A stretch of 64,000 nt of DNA from Massalongia carnosa (Eukaryota), in contig OZ287085.1 in NCBI GenBank assembly GCA_965645245.1, positions 1,364,001-1,428,000 on the forward strand. The letters run 5' to 3'. The notes beneath the pieces were generated by a model. The model saw only the letters and a list, made by a program, of their open reading frames with translations, made no database searches and was not told the origin of the DNA. Each line of letters starts with the position of its first letter. Positions within the stretch are counted from its first letter, which is position 1. Both the position numbers and the translations under genes were made by a program. This document shows, one piece after another, positions 58,700-64,000 of this stretch.

Positions 58700-61600
58700 C
58701 CGGAAATTTATGCCTGATGTCGAGTCGGAATTGACTCAGAAATTGAGAAGCTCTGACCAATCGGACGTTCATTCTCATGGTCGATGTAGTGGCCGTTATT
58801 AGCTTTTGCTTACTGATTTCGTTTATAGCGGTGTGATCTGTCTGAACGATCGTTGGATGCTCCGATGATTGGACAAGGTGTCTGACTTTTTTATGGTCCA
58901 TACTAGACCTGCCATCTCTAGTTCAGTAGGCCAGTAGTTCTTTTCAGCCGCCGTAAGGAGACGGCTAAGGAACATGATGGGTTCTATTTGATTTCTTGAA
59001 GGCCATTTTCCGATTGGTACTATAACACCGACTTTGACATGGAAGACTATGACACCATACCTAAAATCTTTGGAGGCGTCTAGGTCTATCCAGAGAATGC
59101 GGTGCGGACTAAAATGAACGAGGATGGAGGTTTGCTAAGCAGCTTCTGAAGGGTTATAAACGCTGAAGTCTCTTTATCGGTAGGGATTATCTTAGTACGA
59201 GACGTGTAATTTCGTCGTTGTTGACCTCCTTTCGGAGATGCCCTTAGAAGGTGCGTTTTTAGGTCTTGTAGAGGGCGGGCTATGCCTGCATAGTAGTAGA
59301 TGAAAGAACGTAGATAGCCGGTAAGACCGAGGTAATGTTCTAAGTCTATCAGTGCCTTGGGGAACTTCAACAGAGATATGGCGCGAAGTTTCTCCTCGGA
59401 GGTGGACATGCCGAGGGAGTTTACCCTCTGCCCGAGAAGATCAACGTCTGAATAGCCTAAAAAAGCCTTGGTGGGCTTGATGGATATTCCAAGCTTCACG
59501 AATAAGGAGAAAATTTTCTGAAGATGTATTAAATGCTCATCTAGGGACGTTGATCTTACTACCACGTCATCTATGTAAGCTTTGACAAAGTCACGGAAGT
59601 CCCGAAGAATAGTATCCATTTATCTTTGAACATAAGCAATGGAGTTGCGATTGCCCATCACTGGTACCAAAAAGGTCTCCTGGCCTCGGTGAGTGACTAT
59701 TGTTTGCTTATATGTGTCTTCCGGATGAACGCGCCATTGATAGAAGAAAGAATTCGCATCTAGGACAGAAATGTGAGTGCATCCACGAAGCTCTGCTATG
59801 ACATCACTTTGTAGATGGACCGGGTAGGCATCAGGAACCAGAAGATCATTCAGGCATCTGATGTCTACGACGGCACGGCCTTTCCGGACGTCACCGATTT
59901 TCTTCCAAACGACAAAAACAGGTTAGCTGAATGGAGTATGCGTATTGGTCCATATTAATCGTCCCTGTCGATGCATTTCGTCAAAGGTTTTATCTACTAT
60001 TTCCCTGTCTTCTATTCCCAGGGAATAGACCTTGGATTTTCCAGAGACCTTGAACTGCCAATCCTCGCGAAGGGGTAGCTTCATCCACTGGTTCATAGGA
60101 ACATCAATGAAGCCTTCGTCCTTCCATAGTGAGGGAAACTCGTCTACCAGGTCTGAATAGGCCCTGGTGGCTATCGTGTCGCCATAGGTCATGACACCGT
60201 TGGCTAGCTTGGTCTCATACTTGTTGCAAGATGCTGTGGTAGCTACCTTAATGGAATTTTCTGGGGGAAATGGTGAAAGACTTGGAGTAGGTAGATCCAT
60301 AGTAACAGCAGTCAGAAATGTTGCTGCTGTAAATGCTTTTTTGAACCAACTTGCCTTTGGTGGTTTGGTGGCAAGGTCTTTGTCAGCTATGTGAAAACAT
60401 TCGCTATAGTGGACCTCGGAGACCTGTCCGAGGCGGACTTTTCTTGGAAGTTCCACTGGTATAGGCGAGTCGTTTCGGACTACGATTTCTGCAGTAAGTG
60501 CATCTACGAGGTGATAGTACAAAGTTACATTTGCTTTATCGGTAGGTTCAAAAAGAAAGTCTCTGTCTGCTGGTAAGATCATGTTGATAGGGACTTTTAA
60601 CTCAGCACCTGGGGTGATGGTAACAGCGGACTTTGTGCGAACGGTCTTTCTGATGAACGTTCCACGAGGTCTGACCTGAAGGCTGATGTTTACATCACAG
60701 CTACCGATGTAAGCCTTTTTCTTGTTTATATCAATAACAAATTCTTCTGGACCAAGTACGTCGTTTCCGATCAGCATATTTGCCTTGAGACCATCCACTA
60801 TGTGGATTTCACGGGTGATACAGGCCAGAACCGACGTTCCATCGGACGCCTTTGAGGCCGGCATGTAGAATGGAAACAAAATGTATTCCTTTGTTTCATG
60901 CGTATTGGAACCAATACCTCGAACTCGTAGCGGATTTGCCATATGATGAACCTTAGCGTTAGGAATGTCTCTGCTAATCCACTCTCGATCTCCCAAAGTG
61001 GAACCACAACCAGTGTCCAGACAGCAATCGGTGGATGGACCTTCCGGGGTAAACTTTACCGCTCCCTCGATGAAGTTCCAGTTACGAAAGCCTAGTCCAA
61101 AACCGAGGTTTTCTGTAGAAGCCTTGGATGTGACTATGATAGGAGTAGTGGTAGTGGTGTCTGCTACGGAAGTAGCATAGACATTCGATCCGTGTTCATT
61201 CTCTTTGTCAACTGACAGTTTGTTAGAAGTGAAATTTGCAAATTTTTTCAAGGTTTTTGAGGTAGGCGATGTCCTGGAACATCCAGACCGTAGGTGTTTG
61301 TGAAGTTTGTTCTTCGATGGAAAGGATTCCTGACAGTTGGTGTAGGAAGAGTCTATGCCGACAAACCAAGCGAAGTCCTCGGATTCCTCCGGTGCATCCT
61401 GCTCTGCATAGAACATCTCGTTTCCATGCTCATCATACCCAGCGAAATTTACCGGCATGTCCTCTGGCTCGACTGAGGATGTTCCGGGGCGCTCCTGCAG
61501 ATCTTCGTCGTCTTCAACTGAAGCCTGATACGCCCTCCTATAGCCACCTTGATTTTGTTTGTTTCCTCCTCTTTGATTGCGGTAGTTTGACCTTGGATAT

Positions 61601-64000
61601 CCCTGTGCAGGACGGTCTGGTTTTGATGAGGAAGCTGATGCGTTTGACGCGTTGGGTGTAGCCGTTATGGCGCGAGGGGTTCGACCGGTGAGTTTTAAGG
61701 CAGGACCTTGCTGGAACTGCTGTTGATTGTTAGGACCATTCCATTGCTTGTAGGAGGGACTATTCTGCCAGTTGGCGGGTCGGGGCTGGTAGTTCCAACT
61801 TTCTGATGAACTACTAAAGAAATGCCTTTGTTGACCGATGTTGAACTTACTAGCTGACTTGTTGATTCGGGTGTTAGGCCTGATGTCGTAAGTACGATCA
61901 GGTTTGGAGAATCCAGGCGTCTTCTGCTGGCGAGAGGCTAGTTGCCACCAGATGTGTTTATGATCATCTAGTGAGCGAAGAAAATAATCTAGGTCAGTGG
62001 CTACGTTAGGTAATGGAAGATCTCTCTGGAATTCCACATCCAAGCCGTTGTAGATGAGGAAGATGTGATTAGCGGTGGAGCCAAGTTCGGCCGATTTAGC
62101 TGCACGAAGCATGGTGGCAGCGTACTCTCTGGGCCCTCGATGTTGAGGAGCATCTTCCATAGTGTACTTACCTTTGATTACAGCCGCCATGGCGACGTTG
62201 GGTGCCTCTTTGAACCGTTTGTGAAGCTGGGTTGTCCAATGATCAACGCCAGGACCATATCTTACCAAAAGCTTAGCTTCGTCAGATAGCTCGGCTGTGT
62301 ACCATTGTAGAGCTACGCCTCTAAGGCATGTGAACAGGTTTTCTCTAATTAACTGGTCACCCTAAAGTATGTGTCTTTTCCAACATGCTCAATGGAACTT
62401 CCAGTATTGGAAGACTTATCATCGTACATGGGGTCAAAGAAACCTACGTCTGCTGAATTCCACCTTGGTTGCCCTGGTGCAGGTCCATCGACCTCTGGCT
62501 GGGGGGCCTTGGGGACTAGGTGGACCAGGCGGTCCACACACTGGTGGTTTTTGCTGGTAGTAATCTGCTACGGCAGCGGCTATCATAGCTTGGAGGGCAG
62601 CATTATCCATGATAACGGCGGGCTGATTGATATGACTTCTGGAACTTTCTGGTCTTCCGAACTCCACGTCGGCCGAGGTCTGTCTTGTGTTTGGGGCAGT
62701 GAGAAGACCAAGTAGATGATCTCGGATTTCCGGGGTAGGTTCCTCCACTGGTGTATTGGCTCTGACCGGGGTGCCACCTACGGAAGGAGAAAGGTCAAGC
62801 TTGAGGTAGTGCAGCAACTGAGGTGTCTCTCGGAAACTCCTTGTTCGGTCAGAGAAGTTTAGAACTACCCTTCGAAGGGCCGCAGAGTCTGACTTCCAAC
62901 GAAACGGGTAGTTAGCGGGGACCTGAGATCTAGCACGACCTGATCGGAGGGCAAGGCCTGATGATGGTTCCTCCGGACTTCTGTAGCTGTGGACTATATA
63001 CTGAATGGTTGGTTCAATGGGAAGGATGTCCGAGCTAAAGCCGTATTCCTTGCGGTAATGAAAGAATTCATAGGCTAACAGAATAAGGTCTTCTGAAAGA
63101 GGTGGAGGTGAACCTTGTGGAGGGGAAACAGAGGTGAATTGGGAAGCCAGGTTGGGCCTCGCCACGGTGAATTCTATGAAATATAAATTCACTTTGTAGG
63201 TATAGTAGCATGATTGTCATTGAAGGTGATTGTCTTGTCGGCTATTTGTCAGCTTTATATAGCAGTCACAAAATAGTCACATCTAGGAGCCTAAACGGTC
63301 AGACCTTGTCCCCCCATATCTGCTTGTTTAGGCACCCTGACGATCAGACCTTGACTCCCATACCATATCTGCTTTTTTTAGCACTTTGCAAGGCACCTCC
63401 CGAACTGCCTATTAGGCACCTCCTATAGATGCCTGGCAGGCACCCGTGGGACTCACGATGGATGCCTATACTAATGATAGTCTGACCATCTAACCGATGG
63501 TAGCCTTACCATTTAACAAATTCAACCGAGGTGAGCTTTGGAAGACTGGTTGAAGTGCTACTTCTGGTGGAGGACTCCTCCTGGTGATCTATACAGTAAT
63601 CAATGGTACTGCGAGACAGTGCTACCATTTGTAAAGGTAATCATCATAATAAGGGTGTGTAAAAGGTATCAAAAGGTAGTATAGTAGATAGAGGATAGAA
63701 CGCTTGCTGTTGTTCTATATAGTGGGAATAGCTAGATTTATAGACAATGTACGGTATGCTAGTATTAGACTAGCGATACGTCTAGCCATTAGCGTGCGCC
63801 ATACTCGTGCGGTAGAAGGTGAGTGCGGCTGAAATGAAGTAGCCTGCTTTGTACATTCTAACAAAAGGATGCCCATTGAGATATGCGAGCAAGCTCGTCT
63901 ATATACAGCTAATCTAGACTAGTCCCAATCTGGACCTGCTCCTATCATGGAAGGACCAAAGAGTTACCCGGTTCGGGCTTATCACGGAGATAAGCAAGTG
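58700..64000 (-). mobile_element. Degenerate Ty3/Gypsy element (Gag-PR-RT-RNaseH; integrase and 3' LTR missing); probable 5' LTR from 63630 towards the window end
   Basis: Protease LDTGCGSTL, RT FYQW..MGNRNS..YIDD, RNaseH DAS..NYWPTELE..TDH. On the minus strand TTACA is followed by a TGGTAGCA PBS-like motif near 63630. Multiple stops. Confidence 0.88.
63175..63518 (-). mobile_element. Solo LTR of the 34548-45037 Copia family, inserted in the Gypsy 5' region
   Basis: Homologous to LTR 44775-45037; TG..TA ends; TSD AATTC (63170-74 / 63519-23). Confidence 0.9.

Noticed and set aside
63175..63518. Apparent sharing of one LTR between a Copia and a Gypsy element (LTR swap)
   Set aside because: The LTR has its own AATTC TSD, so it is a Copia solo LTR inserted into the Gypsy.
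12600..64000. Starship giant element
   Set aside because: The gene content is cargo-like, but no DUF3435 tyrosine-recombinase captain or element boundary is visible in this window.

Overview
Filamentous ascomycete (Pezizomycotina-type) genomic DNA. Spliceosomal GT..AG introns with CTAAC-type branch points are visible, so the six-frame ORF track splits most real genes. Zone 1 (about 1.1-12.6 kb) is a compact five-gene sesquiterpenoid biosynthetic cluster: SDR, DHA2-type MFS exporter, two cytochrome P450s and a trichodiene-synthase-family terpene cyclase with an unusual repeat tail. Its divergent promoters share a CCCCGA motif, and AT/TpA-rich tracts flank and interrupt it. Zone 2 (about 12.8-64 kb) is a nested transposon landscape, with most ends resolved by TSDs: a piggyBac relic, a MULE holding an intact Copia and a solo LTR, two degenerate Copias, hAT, a full-length Tad1-like LINE, Tc1/mariner and Gypsy. 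Accessory genes are interspersed: a COQ4/FunK1 fragment mosaic, a RasGEF-like gene, two divergently transcribed nucleotidyltransferase-fold genes and a PTH11-like gene. Best candidates for novelty: the terpene cluster, the NTase gene pair, and a ~0.5-kb element with CTAGTTC..GAACTAG ends that inserted without a target-site duplication. All calls come from reading motifs by eye; no database search was run.
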